From Antedon mediterranea (lineage: Eukaryota; Animalia; Echinodermata), in contig NC_092679.1 of the NCBI RefSeq assembly GCF_964355755.1, forward strand, positions 8,958,201-9,022,200: a stretch of DNA of 64,000 nucleotides, in the 5' to 3' direction. The position numbers and the translations under genes were made by a program. The notes below the pieces were generated by a model that made no database searches, was not told where the DNA came from, and saw only the letters and a list, made by a program, of their open reading frames with translations. This document shows, in pieces, positions 1 through 11,000 of the stretch (its first letter is position 1; each line of letters starts with the position of its first letter).

Positions 1-88
1 CTGTACACTTTGATGTTTTTATGTTAACAACTTTTTTCGAAAATCACAAAATGGTCTAAAATGTCTCCAAATGCGATTTGAAGCTATT
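1..88 (+). repeat. Representative 88-bp monomer
   Basis: CTGTACAC at 1; the homologous CTAAGCAC at 89 and CTGTACAC at 177. The consensus contains the palindromes TGTACA, GTTAAC, TTTTCGAAAA, ACGT and AGCT. Confidence 0.95.
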
Positions 89-352
89 CTAAGCACTTTG
101 GTGTCTTTATGGAAACAATTTTTTTCGAAAATCACAAAATGGTCTAAAACGTCTCCAATAGCGATTTGAAGCTTTTCTGTACACTTTGGTGTTTTTATGT
201 TAACAATTTTTTTCGAAAATCACAAAATGGTCTAAAACGTCTCCAAATGCGATTTGAAGCTATTCTGTACACTTTGATGTTTTTATGTTAACAAGTTTTT
301 TCGAAAATCACAAAATGGTCTAAAACGTTTCCAAATGCGATTTGAAGCTATT

Positions 353-603
353 CTGTACACTTTGATGTTTTGTGTGAAAATTTTCTGTCGAAATGCTCAA
401 AATGGTCAAAAACGTTTTTAAATACGATATTAAGCTACTTTGTGCTCTTTGATGTTTTTGTGTGAAATGTTTTATCGAAATGCTCAAAATGGTCTAAAAC
501 GGTTTCTAATGTGATTTCAAGCACTTTGATGTTTTTGTGTAACCAAGTTTTTCGAAAATCACAAAATTGTCTAAAACGTCTCCAAATGCGATTTGAAGCT
601 ATT
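353..603 (+). repeat. Diverged 3-monomer landmark cassette (87+77+87 bp), first of about 50 copies
   Basis: GTGTGAAAATTTTC..GAAATGCTC..TACGATATTAAGCTACTTTGTGCTC..CGGTTTCTAATGTGATTTCAAGCAC..GTAACC..AAAATTGTC. Recurs at 1219, 2085, 3038, 3989, 4680 ... 61566, 62344 and ~63.5 kb. Confidence 0.93.
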
Positions 604-3600
604 CTGTACACTTTGGTGTTTTTATGTTAACAAGTTTTTTCGAAAATCACAAAATGGTCTAAAACGTCTCCAAATACGATTTAAAGCTATTTTAAGCACT
701 TTTGTGTTTTTGTGTAACCAAGTTTTTTCGAAAATCACAAAAGGGTCTAAAATGTCTGTAAATGCGATTTGAAGCTATTTAAAGCACTTTGGTGTTTTTA
801 GGTTAACAAGTTTTTTCGAAAATCACAAAATGGTCTAAAACGTCTACAAATGCGATTTGAAGCTATTCTAAGCACTTTTGTGTTTTTATGTTAACAAGTT
901 TTTTCGAAAATCACAAAATGGTCTAAAACGTCTCCAAATGCGATTTGAAGCTATTTTAAGCACTTTGGTGTTTTTGTGTTAACAAGTTTTTCGAAATGCT
1001 CAAAATGGTCTAAAACGTCTCCAAATGCGATTTGAAGCTATTCTAAGCACTTTGGTGTTTTTATGTTAACAAGTTTTTTCGAAAATCACAAAATGGTATA
1101 AAACGTCTCCAAATGCGATTTGAAGCTATTCTAAGCACTTTGGTGTTTTTATGTTAACAAGTTTTTTCGAAAATCACAAAATGGTCTAAAACGTTTCCAA
1201 CCGCGATTTGAAGCTATTCTGTACACTTTGATGTTTTGTGTGAAAATTTTCTTTTGAAATGCTCAAAATGGTCAAAAACGTTTTTAAATACGATATTAAG
1301 CTACTTTGTGCTCTTTGATGTTTTTGTGTGAAATGTTTTATCGAAATGCTCAAAATGGTCTAAAACGGTTTCTAATGTGATTTCAAGCACTTTGATGTTT
1401 TTGTGTAACCAAGTTTTTTGAAAATCACAAAATTGTCTAAAACGTCTCCAAATGCGATTTGAAGCTATTCTGTACACTTTGATGTTTTTATGTTAACAAG
1501 TTTTTCGAAAATCACAAAATGGTCTAAAACGTCTCCAAATGCGATTTTAAGCTATTTTAAGCACTTTTGTGTTTTTGTGTAACCAAGTTTTTTTGAAAAT
1601 CACAAAATGGTCTAAAACGTCTCTAAATGCGATTTGAAGCTTTTCTGTACACTTTGATGTTTTTATGTTAACAACTTTTTTCGAAAATCACAAAATGGTC
1701 TAAAATGTCTCCAAATGCGATTTGAAGCTATTCTAAGCACTTTGGTGTTTTTATGAAAACAATTTTTTTCGAAAATCACAAAATGGTCTAAAACGTCTCC
1801 AATAGCGATTTGAAGCTTTTCTGTACACTTTAGTGTTTTTATGTTAACAAGTTTTTTCGAAAATCACAAAATGGTCTAAAACGTCTCCAAATGCGATTTG
1901 AAGCTATTCTGTACACTTTGATGTTTTTATGTTAACAAGTTTTTTCGAAAATCACAAAATGGTCTAAAACGTCTACAAATGCGATTTGAAGCTATTCTGT
2001 ACACTTTGATGCTTTTATGTTAACAAGTTTTTTCGAAAATCACAAAATGGTCTAAAACGTTTCCAAATGCGATTTGAAGCTATTCTGTACACTTTGATGT
2101 TTTGTGTGAAAATTTTCTGTCGAAATGCTCAAAATGGTCAAAAACGTTTTTAAATACGATATTAAGCTACTTTGTGCTCTTTGATGTTTTTGTGTGAAAT
2201 GTTTTATCGAAATGCTCAAAATGGTCTAAAACGGTTTCTAATGTGATTTCAAGCACTTTGATGTTTTTGTGTAACCAAGTTTTTCGAAAATCACAAAATT
2301 GTCTAAAACGTCTCCAAATGCGATTTGAAGCTATTCTGTACACTTTGATGTTTTTATGTTAACAAGTTTTTCGAAAATCACAAAATGGTCTAAAACGTCT
2401 CCAAATGCGATTTTAAGCTATTCTAAGCACTTTGGTGTTTTTATGTTAACAAGTTTTTTTGAAAATCACAAAATGGTCTAAAACGTCTCTAAATGCGATT
2501 TGAAGCTTTTCTGTACACTTTGATGTTTTTATGTTAACAACTTTTTTCGAAAATCACAAAATGGTCTAAAATGTCTCCAAATGCGATTTGAAGCTATTCT
2601 AAGCACTTTGGTGTTTTTATGGAAACAATTTTTTTCGAAAATCACAAAATGGTCTAAAACGTCTCCAATAGCGATTTGAAGCTTTTCTTTACACTTTGGT
2701 GTTTTTATGTTAACAAGTTTTTTCGAAAATCACAAAATGGTCTAAAACGTCTCCAAATGCGATTTGAAGCTATTCTGTACACTTTGATGTTTTTATGTTA
2801 ACAAGTTTTTTAGAAAATCACAAAATGGTCTAAAACATCTCCAAATGCGATTTAAAGCTATTTTAAGCACTTTGGTGTTTTTATGTTAACAAGTTTTTTC
2901 GAAAATCACAAAATGGTCTAAAACGTCTCCAAATGCGATTTGAAGCTATTTTAAGCACTTTGGTGTTTTTGTGTTAACAAGTTTTTCGAAATGCTCAAAA
3001 TGGTCTAAAACGTTTCCAAATGCGATTTGAAGCTATTCTGTACACTTTGATGTTTTGTGTGAAAATTTTCTTTTGAAATGCTCAAAATGGTCAAAAACGT
3101 TTTTAAATACGATATTAAGCTACTTTGTGCTCTTTGATGTTTTTGTGTGAAATGTTTTATCGAAATGCTCAAAATGGTCTAAAACGGTTTCTAATGTGAT
3201 TTCAAGCACTTTGATGTTTTTGTGTAACCAAGTTTTTCGAAAATCACAAAATTGTCTAAAACGTCTCCAAATGCGATTTGAAGCTATTCTGTACACTTTG
3301 ATGTTTTTATGTTAACAAGTTTTTCGAAAATCACAAAATGGTCTAAAACGTCTCCAAATGCGATTTTAAGCTATTCTAAGCACTTTGGTGTTTTTATGTT
3401 AACAAGTTTTTTTGAAAATCACAAAATGGTCTAAAACGTCTCTAAATGCGATTTGAAGCTTTTCTGTACACTTTGATGTTTTTATGTTAACAACTTTTTT
3501 CGAAAATCACAAAATGGTCTAAAATGTCTCCAAATGCGATTTGAAGCTATTCTAAGCACTTTGGTGTTTTTATGGAAACAATTTTTTTCGAAAATCACAA

Positions 3601-5970
3601 AATGGTCTAAAACGTCTCCAATAGCGATTTGAAGCTTTTCTTTACACTTTGGTGTTTTTATGTTAACAAGTTTTTTCGAAAATCACAAAATGGTCTAAAA
3701 CGTCTCCAAATGCGATTTGAAGCTATTCTGTACACTTTGATGTTTTTATGTTAACAAGTTTTTTCGAAAATCACAAAATGGTCTAAAATGTCTCCAAATG
3801 CGATTTGAAGCTATTCTAAGCACTTTGGTGTTTTTATGGAAACATTTTTTTTCGAAAATCACAAAATGGTCTAAAACGTCTCCAATAGTGATTTGAAGCT
3901 TTTCTTTACACTTTGGTGTTTTTATGTTAAGTTTTTTCGAAAATCACAAAATGGTCTAAAACGTCTCCAAATTCGATTTGAAGCTATTCTGTACACTTTG
4001 ATGTTTTGTGTGAAAATTTTCTGTCGAAATGCTCAAAATGGTCAAAAACGTTTTTAAATACGATATTAAGCTACTTTTTGCTCTTTGATGTTTTTGTGTG
4101 AAATGTTTTATCGAAATGCTCAAAATGGTCTAAAACGGTTTCTAATGTGATTTCAAGCACTTTGATGTTTTTGTGTTAACAAGTTTTTCGAAAATCACAA
4201 AATGGTCTAAAACGTTTCCAAATGCGATTTTAAGCTATTCTAAGCACTTTGGTGTTTTTATGTTAACAAGTTTTTTTGAAAATCACAAAATGGTCTAAAA
4301 CGTCTCTAAATGCGATTTGAAGCTTTTCTGTACACTTTGATGTTTTTATGTTAACAACTTTTTTCGAAAATCACAAAATGGTCTAAAATGTCTCCAAATG
4401 CGATTTGAAGCTATTCTAAGCACTTTGGTGTTTTTATGGAAACAATTTTTTTCGAAAATCACAAAATGGTCTAAAACGTCTCCAATAGCGATTTGAAGCT
4501 TTTCTGTACACTTTGGTGTTTTTATGTTAACAATTTTTTTCGAAAATCACAAAATGGTCTAAAACGTCTCCAAATGCGATTTGAAGCTATTCTGTACACT
4601 TTGATGTTTTTATGTTAACAAGTTTTTTCGAAAATCATAAAATGGTCTAAAACGTTTCCAAATGCGATTTAAAGCTATTCTGTACACTTTGATGTTTTGT
4701 GTGAAAATTTTCTGTCGAAATGCTCAAAATGGTCAAAAACGTTTTTAAATACGATATTAAGCTACTTTGTGCTCTTTGATGTTTTTGTGTGAAATGTTTT
4801 ATCGAAATGCTCAAAATGGTCTAAAACGGTTTCTAATGTGATTTCAAGCACTTTGATGTTTTTGTGTAACCAAGTTTTTCGAAAATCACAAAATTGTCTA
4901 AAACGTCTCCAAATGAGATTTGAAGCTATTCTGTACACTTTGGTGTTTTTATGTTAACAAGTTTTTTCGAAAATCACAAAATGGTCTAAAACGTCTCCAA
5001 ATGCGATTTAAAGCTATTTTAAGCACTTTTGTGTTTTTGTGTAACCAAGTTTTTTCGAAAATCACAAAAGGGTCTAAAATGTCTGTAAATGCGATTTGAA
5101 GCTATTTAAAGCACTTTGGTGTTTTTAGGTTAACAAGTTTTTTCGAAAATCACAAAATGGTCTAAAACGTCTACAAATGCGATTTGAAGCTATTCTAAGC
5201 ACTTTTGTGTTTTTATGTTAACAAGTTTTTTCGAAAATCACAAAATGGTCTAAAACGTCTCCAAATGCGATTTGAAGCTATTTTAAGCACTTTGGTGTTT
5301 TTGTGTTAACAAGTTTTTCGAAATGCTCAAAATGGTCTAAAACGTCTCCAAATGCGATTTGAAGCTATTCTAAGCACTTTTGTGTTTTTATTTAAACAAA
5401 TTTTTTCGAAACTCACAAAATGGTCTAAAACGTCTCCAAATGCGATTTGAAGCTATTTTAAGCACTTTGGTGTTTTTGTGTTAACAAGTTTTTCGAAATG
5501 CTCAAAATGGTCTAAAACGTTTCCAAATGCGATTTGAAGCTATTCTGTACACTTTGATGTTTTGTTTGAAAATTTTCTGTCGAAATGCTCAAAATGGTCA
5601 AAAACGTTTTTAAATACGATATTAAGCTACTTTGTGCTCTTTGATGTTTTTGTGTGAAATGTTTTATCAAAATGCTCAAAATGGTCTAAAACGGTTTCTA
5701 ATGTGATTTCAAGCACTTTGATGTTTTTGTGTAACCAAGTTTTTCGAAAATCACAAAATTGTCTAAAACGTCTCCAAATGCGATTTGAAGCTATTCTGTA
5801 CACTTTGATGTTTTTATGTTAACAAGTTTTTCGAAAATCACAAAATGGTCTAAAACGTCTCCAAATGCGATTTTAAGCTATTCTAAGCACTTTGGTGTTT
5901 TTATGTTAACAAGTTTTTTTGAAAATCACAAAATGGTCTAAAACGTCTCTAAATGCGATTTGAAGCTTTT

Positions 5971-8050
5971 CTGTACACTTTGATGTTTTTATGTTAACAA
6001 CTTTTTTCGAAAATCACAAAATGGTCTAAAATGTCTCCAAATGCGATTTGAAGCTATTCTAAGCACTTTGGTGTCTTTATGGAAACAATTTTTTTCGAAA
6101 ATCACAAAATGGTCTAAAACGTCTCCAATAGCGATTTGAAGCTTTTCTGTACACTTTGGTGTTTTTATGTTAACAATTTTTTTCGAAAATCACAAAATGG
6201 TCTAAAACGTCTCCAAATGCGATTTGAAGCTATTCTGTACACTTTGATGTTTTTATGTTAACAAGTTTTTTCGAAAATCACAAAATGGTCTAAAACGTTT
6301 CCAAATGCGATTTGAAGCTATTCTGTACACTTTGATGTTTTGTGTGAAAATTTTCTGTCGAAATGCTCAAAATGGTCAAAAACGTTTTTAAATACGACAT
6401 TAAGCTACTTTGTGCTCTTTGATGTTTTTGTGTGAAATGTTTTATCGAAATGCTCAAAATGGTCTAAAACGGTTTCTAATGTGATTTCAAGCACTTTGAT
6501 GTTTTTGTGTAACCAAGTTTTTCGAAAATCACAAAATTGTCTAAAACGTCTCCAAATGCGATTTGAAGCTATTCTGTACACTTTGGTGTTTTTATGTTAA
6601 CAAGTTTTTTCGAAAATCACAAAATGGTCTAAAACGTCTCCAAATACGATTTAAAGCTATTTTAAGCACTTTTGTGTTTTTGTGTAACCAAGTTTTTTCG
6701 AAAATCACAAAAGGGTCTAAAATGTCTGTAAATGCGATTTGAAGCTATTTAAAGCACTTTGGTGTTTTTAGGTTAACAAGTTTTTTCGAAAATCACAAAA
6801 TGGTCTAAAACGTCTACAAATGCGATTTGAAGCTATTCTAAGCACTTTTGTGTTTTTATGTTAACAAGTTTTTTCGAAAATCACAAAATGGTCTAAAACG
6901 TCTCCAAATGCGATTTGAAGCTATTTTAAGCACTTTGGTGTTTTTGTGTTAACAAGTTTTTCGAAATGCTCAAAATGGTCTAAAACGTCTCCAAATGCGA
7001 TTTGAAGCTATTCTAAGCACTTTGGTGTTTTTATGTTAACAAGTTTTTTCGAAAATCACAAAATGGTATAAAACGTCTCCAAATGCGATTTGAAGCTATT
7101 CTAAGCACTTTGGTGTTTTTATGTTAACAAGTTTTTTCGAAAATCACAAAATGGTCTAAAACGTTTCCAACCGCGATTTGAAGCTATTCTGTACACTTTG
7201 ATGTTTTGTGTGAAAATTTTCTTTTGAAATGCTCAAAATGGTCAAAAACGTTTTTAAATACGATATTAAGCTACTTTGTGCTCTTTGATGTTTTTGTGTG
7301 AAATGTTTTATCGAAATGCTCAAAATGGTCTAAAACGGTTTCTAATGTGATTTCAAGCACTTTGATGTTTTTGTGTAACCAAGTTTTTTGAAAATCACAA
7401 AATTGTCTAAAACGTCTCCAAATGCGATTTGAAGCTATTCTGTACACTTTGATGTTTTTATGTTAACAAGTTTTTCGAAAATCACAAAATGGTCTAAAAC
7501 GTCTCCAAATGCGATTTTAAGCTATTTTAAGCACTTTTGTGTTTTTGTGTAACCAAGTTTTTTTGAAAATCACAAAATGGTCTAAAACGTCTCTAAATGC
7601 GATTTGAAGCTTTTCTGTACACTTTGATGTTTTTATGTTAACAACTTTTTTCGAAAATCACAAAATGGTCTAAAATGTCTCCAAATGCGATTTGAAGCTA
7701 TTCTAAGCACTTTGGTGTTTTTATGGAAACAATTTTTTTCGAAAATCACAAAATGGTCTAAAACGTCTCCAATAGCGATTTGAAGCTTTTCTGTACACTT
7801 TGGTGTTTTTATGTTAACAAGTTTTTTCGAAAATCACAAAATGGTCTAAAACGTCTCCAAATGCGATTTGAAGCTATTCTGTACACTTTGATGTTTTTAT
7901 GTTAACAAGTTTTTTCGAAAATCACAAAATGGTCTAAAACGTCTACAAATGCGATTTGAAGCTATTCTGTACACTTTGATGCTTTTATGTTAACAAGTTT
8001 TTTCGAAAATCACAAAATGGTCTAAAACGTTTCCAAATGCGATTTGAAGC
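5971..8050 (+). repeat. Copy of block 1-2,080 (offset 5,970); a third copy starts at ~29,749
   Basis: Shared variants GTGTCTTTAT (101/6071; GTGTCTATAT at 29849), CCAACCGCG (1201/7171/30949) and GATGCTTTT. Confidence 0.85.
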
Positions 8051-11000
8051 TGGTGCTTTTGTGTAACCAAGTTTTTTTGAAAATCACAAAAGGGTCTAAA
8101 ATGTCTCCAAATGTGATTTGAAGCTATTTTAAGCACTTTGGTGTTTTTGTGTTAACAAGTTTTTCGAAAATCACAAAATTGTCTAAAACGTCTCCAAATG
8201 CGATTTGAAGCTATTCTGTACACTTTGATGTTTTTATGTTAACAAGTTTTTTAGAAAATCACAAAATGGTCTAAAACATCTCCAAATGCGATTTAAAGCT
8301 ATTTTAAGCACTTTAGTGTTTTTATGTTAACATGTTTTTTCGAAAATCACAAAATGGTCTAAAACGTCTCCAAATGCGATTTGAAGCTATTTTAAGCACT
8401 TTGGTGTTTTTGTGTTAACAAGTTTTTCGAAATGCTCAAAATGGTCTAAAACGTTTCCAAATGCGATTTGAAGCTATTCTGTACACTTTGATGTTTTGTG
8501 TGAAAATTTTCTGTCGAAATGCTCAAAATGGTCAAAAACGTTTTTAAATACGATATTAAGCTACTTTGTGCTCTTTGATGTTTTTGTCTGAAATGTTTTA
8601 TCGAAATGCTCAAAATGGTCTAAAACGGTTTCTAATGTGATTTCAAGCACTTTGATGTTTTTGTGTAACCAAGTTTTTCGAAAATCACAAAATTGTCTAA
8701 AACGTCTCCAAATGCGATTTGAAGCTATTCTGTACTCTTTGATGTTTTTATGTTAACAAGTTTTTCGAAAATCACAAAATGGTCTAAAACGTCTCCAAAT
8801 GCGATTTTAAGCTATTCTAAGCACTTTGGTGTTTTTATGTTAACAAGTTTTTTTGAAAATCACAAAATGGTCTAAAACGTCTCTAAATGCGATTTGAAGC
8901 TTTTCTGTACACTTTGATGTTTTTATGTTAACAAGTTTTTTCGAAAATCACAAAATGGTCTAAAATGTCTCCAAATGCGATTTGAAGCTATTCTAAGCAC
9001 TTTGGTGTTTTTATGTTAAAAAGTTTTTTCGAAAATCACAAAATGGTCTAAAACGTCTACAAATGCGATTTGAAGCTATTCTAAGCACTTTTGTGTTTTT
9101 ATTTAAACAAATTTTTTCGAAACTCACAAAATGGTCTAAAACGTCTCCAAATGCGATTTGAAGCTATTTTAAGCACTTTGGTGTTTTTGTGTTAACAAGT
9201 TTTTCGAAATGCTCAAAATGGTCTAAAACGTTTCCAAATGCGATTTGAAGCTATTCTGTACACTTTGATGTTTTGTTTGAAAATTTTCTGTCGAAATGCT
9301 CAAAATGGTCAAAAACGTTTTTAAATACGATATTAAGCTACTTTGTGCTCTTTGATGTTTTTGTGTGAAATGTTTTATCAAAATGCTCAAAATGGTCTAA
9401 AACGGTTTCTAATGTGATTTCAAGCACTTTGATGTTTTTGTGTAACCAAGTTTTTCGAAAATCACAAAATTGTCTAAAACGTCTCCAAATGCGATTTGAA
9501 GCTATTCTGTACACTTTGATGTTTTTATGTTAACAAGTTTTTCGAAAATCACAAAATGGTCTAAAACGTCTCCAAATGCGATTTTAAGCTATTCTAAGCA
9601 CTTTGGTGTTTTTATGTTAACAAGTTTTTTTGAAAATCACAAAATGGTCTAAAACGTCTCTAAATGCGATTTGAAGCTTTTCTGTACACTTTGATGTTTT
9701 TATGTTAACAACTTTTTTCGAAAATCACAAAATGGTCTAAAATGTCTCCAAATGCGATTTGAAGCTATTCTAAGCACTTTGGTGTCTTTATGGAAACAAT
9801 TTTTTTCGAAAATCACAAAATGGTCTAAAACGTCTCCAATAGCGATTTGAAGCTTTTCTGTACACTTTGGTGTTTTTATGTTAACAATTTTTTTCGAAAA
9901 TCACAAAATGGTCTAAAACGTCTCCAAATGCGATTTGAAGCTATTCTGTACACTTTGATGTTTTTATGTTAACAAGTTTTTTCGAAAATCACAAAATGGT
10001 CTAAAACGTTTCCAAATGCGATTTGAAGCTATTCTGTACACTTTGATGTTTTGTGTGAAAATTTTCTGTCGAAATGCTCAAAATGGTCAAAAACGTTTTT
10101 AAATACGATATTAAGCTACTTTGTGCTCTTTGATGTTTTTGTGTGAAATGTTTTATCGAAATGCTCAAAATGGTCTAAAACGGTTTCTAATGTGATTTCA
10201 AGCACTTTGATGTTTTTGTGTAACCAAGTTTTTCGAAAATCACAAAATTGTCTAAAACGTCTCCAAATGCGATTTGAAGCTATTCTGTACACTTTGGTGT
10301 TTTTATGTTAACAAGTTTTTTCGAAAATCACAAAATGGTCTAAAACGTCTCCAAATACGATTTAAAGCTATTCTAAGCACTTTGGTGTTTTTATGGAAAC
10401 ATTTTTTTTCGAAAATCACAAAATGGTCTAAAACGTCTCCAATAGTGATTTGAAGCTTTTCTTTACACTTTGGTGTTTTTATGTTAAGTTTTTTCGAAAA
10501 TCACAAAATGGTCTAAAACGTCTCCAAATTCGATTTGAAGCTATTCTGTACACTTTGATGTTTTTATGTTAACAAGTTTTTTCGAAAATCACAAAATGGT
10601 CAAAAACGTCTACAAATGCGATTTGAAGCTATTCTAAGCACTTTTGTGTTTTTATGTTAACAAGTTTTTTCGAAAATCACAAAATGGTCTAAAACGTCTG
10701 CAAATGCGATTTGAAACTATTCTTAGCACATTGGTGTTTTTATTTGAAACAAATTTTTTCGAAACTCACAAAATGGTCTAAAACGTCTCCAAATGCGATT
10801 TGAAGCTATTTTAAGCACTTTAGTGTTTTTGTGTTAACAAGTTTTTCGAAATGCTCAAAATGGTCTAAAACGTTTTTAAATACGATATTAAGCTATTTTG
10901 TGCTCTTTGATGTTTTTTTGTGAAAAGTTTTAGCAAAATGCTCAAAATGGTCTAAAACGATTTCTAATGTGATTTTAAGCACTTTGATGTTTTTATGTTA

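Noticed and set aside
35-52. CENP-B box at TTCG
   Set aside because: Only TTCG matches. The required downstream A..CGGG of NTTCGNNNNANNCGGGN is absent.
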